Below, one piece after another: positions 10,017 to 19,752 of a DNA stretch of 64,000 nt (position 1 is the first letter of the stretch; each line of letters starts with the position of its first letter). The stretch covers positions 192,001-256,000 of the forward strand of contig CAVVNQ010000002.1 in the NCBI GenBank assembly GCA_963749705.1. Direction: 5' to 3'. Under the pieces are notes generated by a model. That model was not told where the DNA came from and searched no databases. It saw only the letters and a program-made list of their open reading frames with translations. Made by a program: the position numbers and the translations under genes. Source of the DNA: an uncultured Chloroflexia bacterium (GTDB lineage Bacteria; Chloroflexota; Limnocylindria; Limnocylindrales; CSP1-4).

Positions 10017-11335
10017 GCAAGGACCTGCTGAGCGTCGAGGCGGCACAGGCCACCGTCCTCGCGGGGGTCGCGCCGCTGGCGGATGTGGAGCGCCTCGAGC
10101 CCGAGCGCGCGCTGGGCCGGGTCCTGGCCGAGGCGGTGAATGCCGCGACCTCGCTGCCGCCGTGGGACAACTCGGCGATGGACGGGTACGCGATCCGGTC
10201 CGCCGACGTCGCGCACGCGAGCGACGGGCGGCCGGCGCGACTCACCGTCGTGGGCGAGGTCCGGGCGGGCGTCGCACCGGATGTCGAGGTCATCGACGGC
10301 GCGGCCGTGCGCATCGCCACCGGCGCACCGCTCCCGCGCGGTGCCGACGCGGTCGTGCCGGTCGAGCTGACGACGCCCCTCGACGCCGACGGCAACCTGG
10401 GCCCGCGTGGCCGCGAGGCGACCGGCCCCGTGCCCGCCGCGTGCCTGGTGCACGCCGCGGTGGAGCGCGGACATGCCATCCGGCGCGCGGGCTCCGATGT
10501 CACGGCCGGCGCCGAGCTCGCCGGGGCGGGCAGCCTGGTGACACCGGCCGTGGTCGCGCTGGCGGCGGGTGCCGGGGTGGGGGAGGTCGTCGTCAGGCGC
10601 CGGCCCCGCGTCGCGGTGCTGGCCACGGGCGACGAGGTGCGCCGGCCGGGCACGGACCTCGGGCGGGCGGGGATCCCGGACGCCAACGGCCCCGGGCTGC
10701 GCGCGCTCGTCCGCGACGCGGGTGCGGACGCGATCGACCTGGGGATCGCCGAGGACCGGCTCGAGGACGTCGAGACGAGGATCCGTCGAGGACTGGCCGA
10801 GGCCGATCTCGTGGTCGTGGCGGGTGGCGTCTCGGTGGGCCCGTACGACGTCGTCCGGATGGCGTTCGACGCCGTGGGACACATGGACCTGTGGCGCGTC
10901 GCCGTCCAGCCCGGCAAGCCGTTCGCGTTCGGTCGCGCGGACGCCGACGGCGCCGAGCCCCCGGTCCTGCTGTTCGGGCTGCCGGGCAACCCGGTGTCCG
11001 CGTTCGTCACCTTCGAGCTGTTCGTCCGCCCGGTGCTGCGGCGCCTCGCCGGGCACGCGCGGCTCCATCGGCCGGTGGACCGGGCGGTGCTCGAGGATCG
11101 CGTCACCAAGAGCGTCGGCCGGCGCGGCTACCAGCGGGTGACGGCGCGTCGGGCGGCCGACGGATCGCCGCTGCGCGACGGCAAGGGCCGGGTCCGGGTG
11201 CGTCTCGCGGGCGGCCAGGGGAGTCACGTCATGTCGGCGCTGGCCGCGGCCGACGCGCTGGCCGTCGTCCCGGAGCCGCTGGAGCGGATCGAGGCGGGCA
11301 CCGAGGTGGAGCTGCGCTGGCTGGATCGCGGATAG
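10013..11335 (+). CDS. moeA: Molybdopterin molybdotransferase MoeA/Glp
   Basis: DNSAMDGYA, ATGAPLP.GADAVV, TGDE, QPGKP, GLPGNPVS. Confidence 0.95.
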   Translation: MSKDLLSVEAAQATVLAGVAPLADVERLEPERALGRVLAEAVNAATSLPPWDNSAMDGYAIRSADVAHASDGRPARLTVVGEVRAGVAPDVEVIDGAAVRIATGAPLPRGADAVVPVELTTPLDADGNLGPRGREATGPVPAACLVHAAVERGHAIRRAGSDVTAGAELAGAGSLVTPAVVALAAGAGVGEVVVRRRPRVAVLATGDEVRRPGTDLGRAGIPDANGPGLRALVRDAGADAIDLGIAEDRLEDVETRIRRGLAEADLVVVAGGVSVGPYDVVRMAFDAVGHMDLWRVAVQPGKPFAFGRADADGAEPPVLLFGLPGNPVSAFVTFELFVRPVLRRLAGHARLHRPVDRAVLEDRVTKSVGRRGYQRVTARRAADGSPLRDGKGRVRVRLAGGQGSHVMSALAAADALAVVPEPLERIEAGTEVELRWLDRG

Positions 11336-11442
11336 CGGGCAGCCGACCGACGGGGGACCGACGGCGATCGGGCGACCACGCGGATCTCGCGGCTGACGCC
11401 GGCCGCCGGACCCCGCTACGATCGGGTTGAGCAGGAGGACCC

Positions 11443-12033
11443 ATGGACCGGAGCGACGCCCCGCGCGCGGAACGCCGCCGCCTCACCCACGTCGACCGGC
11501 GCGGACGACCCCGGATGGTCGACGTCGGCGCAAAGCCCGTCACCGCCCGACGCGCGGTGGCCGAGGCGGAGGTCGCCGTCTCGCCCGAGACCATGAGCCT
11601 GGTGATCGACGGCGGCGGCTCCAAGGGCGACGTCCTGACCGTCGCCGAGGTTGCCGGCGTGATGGGCGGCAAGCGGACGGCCGAGCTGATCCCGCTGTGC
11701 CATCCGATCCCGCTCACGGACCTGGTCGTCTCGGTCACCCCGGACCGCGCAGCCGGCGTGCTGCGGGTTCGGGCCGAGGCCGCCACGACGGCCCAGACGG
11801 GCGTCGAGATGGAGGCGTTGACGGCGGCGTCAGTGGCCGCGCTGACGGTGTATGACATGGTCAAGGGGGTCGAGCGCGGGGTGGAGATCCGCGGCCTGCG
11901 GCTGCTGTCGAAGACGGGCGGCAAGAGCGGTGACTGGCATCGGCCGGCCGCCGAGGTCGAGCCGGGACCGCCTCGCCGGCGGCCCGGTGACCGCATCGCG
12001 GGCCGGGTCGGCAAGCGCAAGGGCGCCGGGTGA
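11443..12033 (+). CDS. moaC: Cyclic pyranopterin monophosphate synthase MoaC
   Basis: LTHVD...MVDV, LIPLCHP, TGVEMEAL, YDMVK, KTGGKSG. Confidence 0.96.
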   Translation: MDRSDAPRAERRRLTHVDRRGRPRMVDVGAKPVTARRAVAEAEVAVSPETMSLVIDGGGSKGDVLTVAEVAGVMGGKRTAELIPLCHPIPLTDLVVSVTPDRAAGVLRVRAEAATTAQTGVEMEALTAASVAALTVYDMVKGVERGVEIRGLRLLSKTGGKSGDWHRPAAEVEPGPPRRRPGDRIAGRVGKRKGAG

Positions 12034-12040
12034 TCGCCAG

Positions 12041-12583
12041 GTGCCCGCGACCGTGACGCGCTCGGCGCTGGTGATCACCGCGAGCGACCGGAGCGCGGCC
12101 GGGAGGCGCCCGGACACGTCCGGTGCCGGGGTCGGGACGCGCCTCGAGGCGCTCGGGTTCGTGGTCGAACGACGGGTCGTGCCCGACGACCGCGCGGCGC
12201 TCGAGGCGGCGCTCGTCGCCGGGGCCGCGGATCACGCGCTGGTCATCACCACGGGTGGCACGGGCCTCACGCCGCGCGACGTCACCCCGCAGGCGACCCT
12301 GGCCATCCTCGACTACGAGATCCCCGGCATCGCCGAGGCGATGCGCGCCGAGGGGCGTCGCTCGACCCCGTTCGCCGCCCTCTCTCGGGGCGTCGTGGGC
12401 GTCCGGGGCCGGACGCTCATCGTGAACCTGCCCGGATCGCCCAAGGGTGCGCTCGAGTCGCTCGAGGTCCTGCTCGGCGTCGTCGATCATGCGCTCGAGA
12501 CCCTCGCCGGGCCGTTCGACCACGCCGCTGCCCGGTCCGCCGGTCGCGAAGACCTGCCGCCCGGCCTGCCCGAGGACCGCTGA
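12041..12583 (+). CDS. mog: MogA/MoaB family molybdopterin adenylyltransferase
   Basis: [27 protein letters not shown]; start approximate. Confidence 0.9.
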   Translation: MPATVTRSALVITASDRSAAGRRPDTSGAGVGTRLEALGFVVERRVVPDDRAALEAALVAGAADHALVITTGGTGLTPRDVTPQATLAILDYEIPGIAEAMRAEGRRSTPFAALSRGVVGVRGRTLIVNLPGSPKGALESLEVLLGVVDHALETLAGPFDHAAARSAGREDLPPGLPEDR

Positions 12584-12585
12584 CG

Positions 12586-14718
12586 ATGTTCGAGCCGTTC
12601 GCCGACGTTCCCGCCTATCCGCTCGTGTTCCCGGTGTTCTGGGGCGCGGTCGCCTTCTTTGCCCTCGTCATGGCCCGCCACCTGCGCGTGTTCGCCGCGG
12701 CCCGCCCAGCCTCGCCCACGGACCGGGTGGCGGCCCGCCTGTGGGGAACGATCCGGTTCGGCTTTGCGCAGTCACGCATGTTCCGCGACGCGCGCGCCGG
12801 GTTGATGCACTTCTCGATCTTCTGGGGCTTCATCCTGCTCACCATCGGCACCGCCAACATCGTGACCGGCGGGATCATCCAGGCGATCGTCGAGGCGCCC
12901 TTCGACGGCGTCCTGTGGGCGGCCGTCAACGCGATGCAGAACGTGGTCGCGGTGATCGTGATCGTGGCGATCGGCTATGCCTACTGGCGGCGGCTGGTGA
13001 TCAAGCCCGCGCGCCTGTCGCTCAACCGCGACGCGCTCCTGATCCTGGCCATGATCGGCGGGCTGGTCGCAGCCGAGCTGCTGGGCCAGGTGTTCCAGGT
13101 GGCCGCGCACGGCGAGGAGCCCGGCGCGTTCATCGCGAATGTGCTCGGGGGTGCCGTCAGCGGGTTCGACCCCGCGCTGACCAACGCCGCGTTCGGAGTC
13201 CTGTGGTGGGTGCACATCGGGCTGGTCGCTGCGTTCCTCGTGTACCTGCCGTTCTCCAAGCACCTCCACGTCGCCACGGCGATCCCCAACATCCTGCTGC
13301 GCAAGCTCGCGCCGCGCGGGCAGCTGCCGGCGATGGACCTCGAGGCCGAGGACGCGGTGTTCGGGCTGCGCACGGTGGCCGACCTGTCGTGGAAGGACCT
13401 GCTCGACGGGTTCACGTGCACCGAGTGCGGTCGCTGCCAGCAGGCATGTCCGGCGTATGCCACGGGCAAGCCGCTCAACCCCAAGAGCCTGATCATGGGC
13501 ATCCGCCACGAGGCCGTGGCCGCCGAGGCGGGGCTGCCGCTCATCCCCAACTCGCCGGCGGTCCGGACGGCCTTCGGGCTCGATGATTCGATCCGGCCGG
13601 AGGCGCTCGCACGGCCGCTGGTCGACGCGGCGATCCCGTACGACGCCGTCTGGGACTGCCTGACCTGCGGGGCGTGCGTCGAGGCGTGCCCGGTGACGAT
13701 CGAGCATGTCGACAAGATCGTGGGCATCCGCCGCAACCTCGTGCTCGAGGACAGCCGGTTCCCGCAGGAGCTGACCGCGGCGTTCAAGGGCATGGAGAGC
13801 GTCGGCAACCCCTGGGGCCAGCCGCCCTCGTCACGCCTCAACTGGGCGAAGCCGCTCCCGTTCGAGGTCCGGACGGCAGCGCAGGTCGCGGCGGCCGGTG
13901 AGCTCGACGGCCTCGAGGTCCTGTACTGGGTGGGCTGTGCGGCCGCCTTCGATGATCGGAACCAGCGGGTCGCGCGTGCCGTGGCAACCTGCCTCGACGC
14001 CGCAGGCGTCTCGTTCGCCGTGCTCGGCCAGGAGGAGGCGTGCACCGGCGATCCCGCACGGCGGATGGGCAACGAGTACGTGTTCCAGATCCTCGCCGGC
14101 CAGAACATCGAGACGCTCAACCGGTACCGCGCCGGCGAGCGGACGATCGTTACGGCATGCCCGCATTGCTTCAACACCATCGGTAACGAATACGGCCAGC
14201 TCGGTGGCTCCTTCGCGATCCGGCACCACAGCGAGTACCTGTCGTCGCTGGTGAGCTCCGGGCGTCTCCGGCTCGGGGCCGACGGGCTGCCGGCGCGATC
14301 CGTGACCTATCACGACTCGTGCTACCTCGCCCGCTACAACGGCGTCATCGCCCCGCCGCGCGAGGTGCTGGGTGCGATCCCGGGCGTCGAGCTGCGAGAG
14401 ATGGACAACCACGGCCGCCAGACGTTCTGCTGCGGCGCCGGCGGTGGCCGGATGTGGATGGAGGAGACGCGGGGGACGCGGGTGAACGCCGAGCGGACGA
14501 GCCAGGCGCTGGCCACGGGTGCTGAGACGGTCGCGACCGCGTGCCCGTTCTGCATGACCATGCTCCGCGACGGCCTGACCGATGCCGGTCGGGGTGCCCA
14601 GGACGCCGATCCGGTGCTCGCGCAGGACATCAGCGAGCTGCTCGCCGAGGCGATCGCCCCGGCGACCGTGTTCGCCGGCCGCGAGATCCCCGAGGGTCGC
14701 CGGCTGCCCGTCGTCTGA
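12586..14718 (+). CDS. fadF: Membrane Fe-S oxidoreductase, FadF/EtfD-like (NarI-like TM domain + 2x4Fe-4S + CCG domains)
   Basis: [45 protein letters not shown]; N-terminal TM helices with His residues. Confidence 0.9.
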   Translation: MFEPFADVPAYPLVFPVFWGAVAFFALVMARHLRVFAAARPASPTDRVAARLWGTIRFGFAQSRMFRDARAGLMHFSIFWGFILLTIGTANIVTGGIIQAIVEAPFDGVLWAAVNAMQNVVAVIVIVAIGYAYWRRLVIKPARLSLNRDALLILAMIGGLVAAELLGQVFQVAAHGEEPGAFIANVLGGAVSGFDPALTNAAFGVLWWVHIGLVAAFLVYLPFSKHLHVATAIPNILLRKLAPRGQLPAMDLEAEDAVFGLRTVADLSWKDLLDGFTCTECGRCQQACPAYATGKPLNPKSLIMGIRHEAVAAEAGLPLIPNSPAVRTAFGLDDSIRPEALARPLVDAAIPYDAVWDCLTCGACVEACPVTIEHVDKIVGIRRNLVLEDSRFPQELTAAFKGMESVGNPWGQPPSSRLNWAKPLPFEVRTAAQVAAAGELDGLEVLYWVGCAAAFDDRNQRVARAVATCLDAAGVSFAVLGQEEACTGDPARRMGNEYVFQILAGQNIETLNRYRAGERTIVTACPHCFNTIGNEYGQLGGSFAIRHHSEYLSSLVSSGRLRLGADGLPARSVTYHDSCYLARYNGVIAPPREVLGAIPGVELREMDNHGRQTFCCGAGGGRMWMEETRGTRVNAERTSQALATGAETVATACPFCMTMLRDGLTDAGRGAQDADPVLAQDISELLAEAIAPATVFAGREIPEGRRLPVV

Positions 14719-14743
14719 CCGTGGTTCGGGGCGGCGCGATGCG

Positions 14744-14822
14744 CCGCGCGGTTTGCGCCCGCCGGCCCCGCGCGGTTTGCGCCCGCCGGCCCCGCGCGGT
14801 TTGCCCCCGCCGGCCCCGCGCG
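14744..14822. repeat. 24-bp tandem repeat, ~3.3 copies
   Basis: CCGCGCGGTTTGCGCCCGCCGGCC at 14744 and 14768, one mismatch at 14792, then a partial copy. Confidence 0.9.
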
Positions 14823-14848
14823 CCCCACGCGGTTCCCCCACCCGTCTT

Positions 14849-15120
14849 CCTGACGGATGCTCGCGAGGCGGTCGTAACGACCACCGAAACGGCCGGCGGT
14901 CGTGCGCGCGTGCGGCAACGGCCCCCGATCCAGCCGAATTGCCTGACATCGGTCCGTTGGGCGAGCGTTGGCCAGATTCCCGTCGGCTAATGCTCGCTAC
15001 CCGGACATCTGGCGTAGGGGCGGCGCCAACGGGGGATGGCCGCAGCACGAGCAGCACCCGGCGCAGCCGGGACGCGTCAGTGCGCTTGTCGTGGTGACCT
15101 CCCAACGGTCATCCGTCAGG
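14849..15120. repeat. Intergenic element bounded by imperfect ~40-bp inverted repeats (REP/MITE-like)
   Basis: CCTGACGGATG...CATCCGTCAGG perfect 11-bp ends with further imperfect pairing inward. Confidence 0.55.
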
Positions 15121-15199
15121 GAGCTCGAGATCGGGGAGTTCGAAAGGCCCCGCGCGCGGGCACGGCAACACTCGCGCCTCGCTCGGATTGCGCCCCGGC

Positions 15200-15424
15200 T
15201 CAGCCTTTGAGGGCAGACCCGCACGAGATGCAGGTCCGGTCGGTCCAGAGATTGCCCATCCCGCACCTGGGGCAGACCTTCATGCCCTCGGTGGAGGTCG
15301 CGTAGGGTGAATCGACCGGCGTCGTCTCCCTGTCGTCTCGGCGCATCCGGTCCCGGATGATCAGTACCGCGCCGATCGCGACGATCGCAGCGACGGCGAG
15401 GATCAGGAGGTACGTCTGGTCCAC
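15200..15424 (-). CDS. Small membrane-anchored zinc-ribbon protein (74 aa)
   Basis: GGGGAG RBS, N-terminal TM helix, C-terminal CPRC...CISC. Confidence 0.75.
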   Translation of the reverse strand: MDQTYLLILAVAAIVAIGAVLIIRDRMRRDDRETTPVDSPYATSTEGMKVCPRCGMGNLWTDRTCISCGSALKG

Positions 15425-15566
15425 GGCGACTCCCCGCGCGCAACCCCCCGGCGCGATTCCCGAACCCCCGCGGTCGGTGACGATCATGCCCGGCGCAGCC
15501 GCAGCGTAGCCGGGACGCGCCACGATGTCATCCCTGACGATCAGGTCACGCCGTCGCGCTGCTAGG

Positions 15567-16754
15567 ATGACGACCGTGAGTCTCAACCCGCCGGTCCATG
15601 GCTCGATCCGCCTCGAGGAGGAGCACATCCTGCTCCGGGACGCAGTCCGCGTGCTCGCGGACGAGCAGATCGCACCGCGCGCCGCGGAGATCGACCAGCA
15701 GGGCGAGTTCCCCGAGGACGTCCGCCGGCTGCTTGCCGACCACGACATCCTGTCGATCCCGTTCGCGGAGGAGCACGGCGGGCTGGGCGGCGACCTGCTG
15801 ACGCTGTGCCTCGCCATCGAGCAGCTGAGCCGCGTGTGCGCGACGTCAGGGCTGATCCTGGCCGTCCAGTCGCTGGGCGCGATCCCGATCCAGGTGGCCG
15901 GAACGAAGGAGCAGCAGGATCGCTGGCTGCCGGGGCTCGCGTCGGGCGAGAAGCTGATCGCGTTCGGGCTGACCGAGGCCGACGCGGGGTCCGACCCGTC
16001 GGGCATCCGGACGCGAGCCGTGCGCGACGGCGACGAGTACGTCATCGACGGCGCAAAGCGGTTCATCAGCCACGCCAGCATCGCGGACTACGTGGTCACC
16101 TTCGCCGTCACCAACCCCGACGCGGAGCGGCCCAGCCGGCGCCTGTCGGCGATCCTGGTCGAGACCGACCGGCCTGGGTTCAAGGTCACCCGGCTCGAGC
16201 ACAAGATGGGCATCCGCGGCTCGCCCACCGCCGAGCTCGCGTTCGACGGCGTCCGGGTCCCGGTGGCCAACCGCCTCGGCGACGAGGGCCAGGGGTTCGC
16301 GATCGCGATGCAGACGTTCGAGCACTCCCGGCCCGGGATCGCCGCCCAGGCGGTGGGGATCGCGCAGGGCGCCCTCGACGTCGCTGCGCATTACGCGACG
16401 GAGCGACGCCAGTTCGGCAAGCCGATCGGGGAGCTCCAGATGGTGCAGGCGATGCTCGCCGACATGGACGCGTCGACCGAGGCTGCCCGCCAGCTGCTGT
16501 ATACGGCGTGCCAGGAGATCGAGGCCGGTGCCCCCGACGCGGCCCGCTGGGCGGCGATCGCCAAGCTCGTGGCCGGTGACGCCGCGATGCGCGTGACCAC
16601 GGACGCCGTCCAGGTCCTGGGCGGGTACGGCTACATCGACGAATACCCCGTCGAGCGGATGATGCGCGACGCGAAGATCACCCAGCTCTACGAGGGCACC
16701 CAGCAGATCCAGCGGCTGATCGTCGCCCGGGCGTTGCTCGCGAAGAGCTCGTGA
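15567..16754 (+). CDS. Acyl-CoA dehydrogenase
   Basis: FGLTEADAGSD, GAKRFIS, KMGIRGSPT, ERRQFGKPI, GGYGY, YEGTQQIQR; true start may be GTG 15576. Confidence 0.95.
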   Translation: MTTVSLNPPVHGSIRLEEEHILLRDAVRVLADEQIAPRAAEIDQQGEFPEDVRRLLADHDILSIPFAEEHGGLGGDLLTLCLAIEQLSRVCATSGLILAVQSLGAIPIQVAGTKEQQDRWLPGLASGEKLIAFGLTEADAGSDPSGIRTRAVRDGDEYVIDGAKRFISHASIADYVVTFAVTNPDAERPSRRLSAILVETDRPGFKVTRLEHKMGIRGSPTAELAFDGVRVPVANRLGDEGQGFAIAMQTFEHSRPGIAAQAVGIAQGALDVAAHYATERRQFGKPIGELQMVQAMLADMDASTEAARQLLYTACQEIEAGAPDAARWAAIAKLVAGDAAMRVTTDAVQVLGGYGYIDEYPVERMMRDAKITQLYEGTQQIQRLIVARALLAKSS

Positions 16755-16791
16755 CCGGCCGGCGCCTACCCGACCCGGGAGCGATGACCCT

Positions 16792-17580
16792 GTGCATATC
16801 CTGGTCCTGACCAAGCCCGTCCCCGATCCCGCCGCGAACGCCGAGCGGCTGGGCCCCGATCACCGCCTCGATCGTGGCGCCTCGCCGACCGTCGTCAACG
16901 GCAACGACGAGTACGCCCTCGAGGCGGCGCTCCAGCTGATCGAGGCGCACGGCGGCGAGGTGTCGATCCTGACGATGGCCCCGGCCAACGCGACCGAGAC
17001 GATGCGCAAGGCGCTCGCGATGGGCGCCATGCGCGGCGTGCTGGTGACCGATCCCGCGCTTGCGGGTGCGGACCTGCCGACCACGATCCGCGTGCTCGCC
17101 GCGGCCGCCTCCCGCCAACCCTTCGACCTGCTGCTGGCGGGGCTCGACACCTCGGACGGCGCCGCGGGTGCGGTCGCCGCGGGCGTCGCCGCCCGCCTCG
17201 GGCTGCCGCTCCTGTCGGCCGCCGCCCGGATCGAGCCGGACCCCGCGGCCGGCACCGTCCGCGTCCGGCGGCTGAGCGCGAAGGGCTACGACGTGCTCGA
17301 GTCGCCGATGCCCGCGGTGCTCTCGTGCACGCAGGCGCTCGGGACGCCGCGCTACCCGTCGCTCAAGGGGATCATGGCGGCCCGTTCACGAGAGATCGTG
17401 ACCCTGTCACTCGCGGATCTCGGCGACGCTGACCTCGCGCCGGCCGATGGCCAATGGGCGACCCGCGTGGTCGCGGCGGACAAGCCACCCGCGCGCGCCG
17501 CCGGTCGCGTCGTTACCGGCCCCGCCGCCGATGCCGCCCGCGAGATCGCCGACGTCCTCGCTGCCCGGAGGCTCATCTGA
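16792..17580 (+). CDS. etfB: Electron transfer flavoprotein beta subunit
   Basis: KPVPD, DEYALEAAL, ALAMGA, PRYPSLKGIMAA. Confidence 0.93.
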   Translation: MHILVLTKPVPDPAANAERLGPDHRLDRGASPTVVNGNDEYALEAALQLIEAHGGEVSILTMAPANATETMRKALAMGAMRGVLVTDPALAGADLPTTIRVLAAAASRQPFDLLLAGLDTSDGAAGAVAAGVAARLGLPLLSAAARIEPDPAAGTVRVRRLSAKGYDVLESPMPAVLSCTQALGTPRYPSLKGIMAARSREIVTLSLADLGDADLAPADGQWATRVVAADKPPARAAGRVVTGPAADAAREIADVLAARRLI

Positions 17581-18557
17581 TGACCGCGCGCATCCTGGTG
17601 GTCGCCGAGGTCGGCGACGGTCAGCTCACCCGGCTGTCGGCCGAGGTCGCCACGCTCGCCCGCGCGCTCGCCGAAGCGGCGGGCGGCAGCGTCCAGGGCC
17701 TGGTGATCGACGCCTCGCCCGACGCCGCCGCGGACGAGCTCGCCGGGTACCTGCCGGCCGTGGTCACCGTGACCTCACCCGCGGTGGCCGGCGAGGTGTG
17801 GGCGCCCAGGGCGGTCGCCGAGATCCGGCGTCTGGTCGACGACGGCGTGACCCACGTGCTGCTCGGCTCCACGGCCGACGGCCGGGACGTGGCGGGGGCC
17901 CTCGTCGGGCTGCTGGGCTGGGGCCTGCTGGCAAACGCGAGCGGGGCGGCCTGGGAGGACGGCGGGCTGGTCGTCGAGGCCACCGTGCTCGGCGGCAAGG
18001 CGATCACGCGCAGCACGCTGACGGGCCCCACGGGCATCGTGACCGTCGGCCTCGGTGCCGTCGCGGCGGAGCCGGCGGGCGCAACCGGAACCATCGAGAG
18101 CGTGCAGCCCGCCCCCGAGCCCGCGACGCCCGCGGTTCCAGTCCTCGAGCGGGTCGCCGAGGCCGGGGCGGAGGCATCGCTCGAGGAAGCTCGGGTCGTG
18201 GTCGTCGGCGGCCGCGGCGTCGGGAGCCCCGAAGGGTTCGCCATCGTCGACGAGCTCGCCGGCATCCTGGGCGGGGTGACCGGCGCCACCCGTGCATCGG
18301 TGGATGCGGGCTGGATCGCGTACGCGCGACAGATCGGGCAGACCGGCAAGATCGTCAAGCCGGCGCTGTACCTGGGTCTGGGCGTGTCGGGCGCGATGCA
18401 GCACCGGGTCGGGATGCAGGGCGCCGAGACGATCATCGCGGTCAACCGGGACCCGGATGCCCCGATCGCGGAGATCGCCGACCTGTTCGTCGTGGGCGAC
18501 CTGTTCCAGGTCGGGCCGGCGCTGGCCGCCGAGCTCCGCGCCCGGCGCGGTACCTGA
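17580..18557 (+). CDS. etfA: Electron transfer flavoprotein alpha subunit
   Basis: GGRGVG, GATRASVD, QIGQTGK, GVSGAMQH..GM, AVNRDPDAPI. Confidence 0.95.
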   Translation: MTARILVVAEVGDGQLTRLSAEVATLARALAEAAGGSVQGLVIDASPDAAADELAGYLPAVVTVTSPAVAGEVWAPRAVAEIRRLVDDGVTHVLLGSTADGRDVAGALVGLLGWGLLANASGAAWEDGGLVVEATVLGGKAITRSTLTGPTGIVTVGLGAVAAEPAGATGTIESVQPAPEPATPAVPVLERVAEAGAEASLEEARVVVVGGRGVGSPEGFAIVDELAGILGGVTGATRASVDAGWIAYARQIGQTGKIVKPALYLGLGVSGAMQHRVGMQGAETIIAVNRDPDAPIAEIADLFVVGDLFQVGPALAAELRARRGT

Positions 18558-18582
18558 CGGTCCTGGCCGTGGGGAGCGAGCC

Positions 18583-19185
18583 GTGACCGACGGGACCGGG
18601 CTGTGGCTGCTGCTGCTGGCCATCCTGGCCTTCGCCGCCGCCGTGATCCTCCGCCGGATGGGCCGGCTGATCGCACGAACCCGGGAGCTCGAGGGCTTCC
18701 AGCGATCGGCCCGCCAGCTCGATCGGGCGTTCGGCGCAACGGCCGATCCGATGGTGGCCCGGCTCGACGAGCTGCGGCGTCACGCCGGTGATCCGCAGGG
18801 CCTGGTCGGGCTGCTCGGACCGGCCTCCGAGACGCTGCGCACCGCGGCGAACGAGGCCAGGGCGCTGCGGCCGCCCGCGAGGCTCAGGGGCGAGGCGCAG
18901 GGTCTCGCACGCGAGCTGGACCGCGCGATCCGGGCGACCGAGATGGTGGAGCACGGCCTGGACGCGCTGCTCGCCGTGCGGGGCGGCCGGGAGCTCGAGG
19001 CGCAGACCTCGCTCAAGCGCGGCGCGCTCAATCTCCGCCATGCTCGCTCGGCGTTCCACGAGATCGTGGCGCAGGTGCTGGCGGTCGGTCCGGCGGACGT
19101 GGCGACCAACGCGCCGACGCGCTCCACCGGCGCCGGAGCGACCGTCCCGACGTACATCGTCGACGGCATCGACACCGACCTCTAG
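18583..19185 (+). CDS. Membrane-anchored helical hypothetical protein
   Basis: GGGGAG RBS, N-terminal TM helix, helical body, good codon bias. Confidence 0.7.
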   Translation: MTDGTGLWLLLLAILAFAAAVILRRMGRLIARTRELEGFQRSARQLDRAFGATADPMVARLDELRRHAGDPQGLVGLLGPASETLRTAANEARALRPPARLRGEAQGLARELDRAIRATEMVEHGLDALLAVRGGRELEAQTSLKRGALNLRHARSAFHEIVAQVLAVGPADVATNAPTRSTGAGATVPTYIVDGIDTDL

Positions 19186-19196
19186 GCGGGCTACAA

Positions 19197-19243
19197 CCCC
19201 CGCATATAGTGGTATTCTCGCCACGCACCACTAGGGATAGTGG
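19197..19243 (+). promoter_or_regulatory. Tandem NrdR boxes
   Basis: CCCCCGCATATAGTGG (19197-19212) and CCACTAGGGATAGTGG (19228-19243), 31 bp apart, resembling the NrdR consensus, just upstream of nrdR. Confidence 0.8.
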
Positions 19244-19266
19244 TCTGGTGGAGGATTGGAGGGTCG

Positions 19267-19752
19267 ATGCGCTGCCCCCAGTGCGGCACTCGTGACACGC
19301 GCGTGGTGGACTCGCGCGACCTCGACGAGGCCTCGACGATCCGGCGCCGCCGGGAGTGCCCGGCATGCACCACGCGGTTCACGACGTACGAGCGGGTCGA
19401 GGCCGCCCGGCTGGTGGTCGCCAAGCGCGACGGCATCCGGCAGGAGTTCGATCGCGACAAGCTCGCGTCGGGCCTGGCCAAGGCGCTGACCCGGCGTCCG
19501 GTCGCCGACGACGCGGCGGAGCGCGCGGCCGACGAGATCGAGAGCGAGCTGCGGTCCTCGGGGGCGTCCGAGATCCCCAGCTCGCGGATCGGCACCATGG
19601 CGATGGACAAGCTGCGGGCGATCGACCACATCGCGTACATCCGGTTCGCATCCGTGTACCAGAGCTTCGAGGATCTCGAGGACCTCAAGCGCGAGGTCGA
19701 CAGCCTGTTCGCGGAGGGCGGGGCGCCGAAGAAGCGGAAACCGCTCGCGTGA
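19267..19752 (+). CDS. nrdR: Transcriptional repressor NrdR
   Basis: [31 protein letters not shown] cone, AYIRFASVY. Confidence 0.97.
   Translation: MRCPQCGTRDTRVVDSRDLDEASTIRRRRECPACTTRFTTYERVEAARLVVAKRDGIRQEFDRDKLASGLAKALTRRPVADDAAERAADEIESELRSSGASEIPSSRIGTMAMDKLRAIDHIAYIRFASVYQSFEDLEDLKREVDSLFAEGGAPKKRKPLA

Noticed and set aside
8567-11227. Very long antisense or alternate-frame ORFs (also 19191-21338, 33591-35516, 58623-61292)
   Set aside because: Shadow ORFs expected at this GC content; they overlap well-supported genes and are Arg/Pro/Gly-rich with no motifs.
14744-14822. Possible CRISPR array
   Set aside because: Repeats are contiguous with no spacers, and no cas genes are present.
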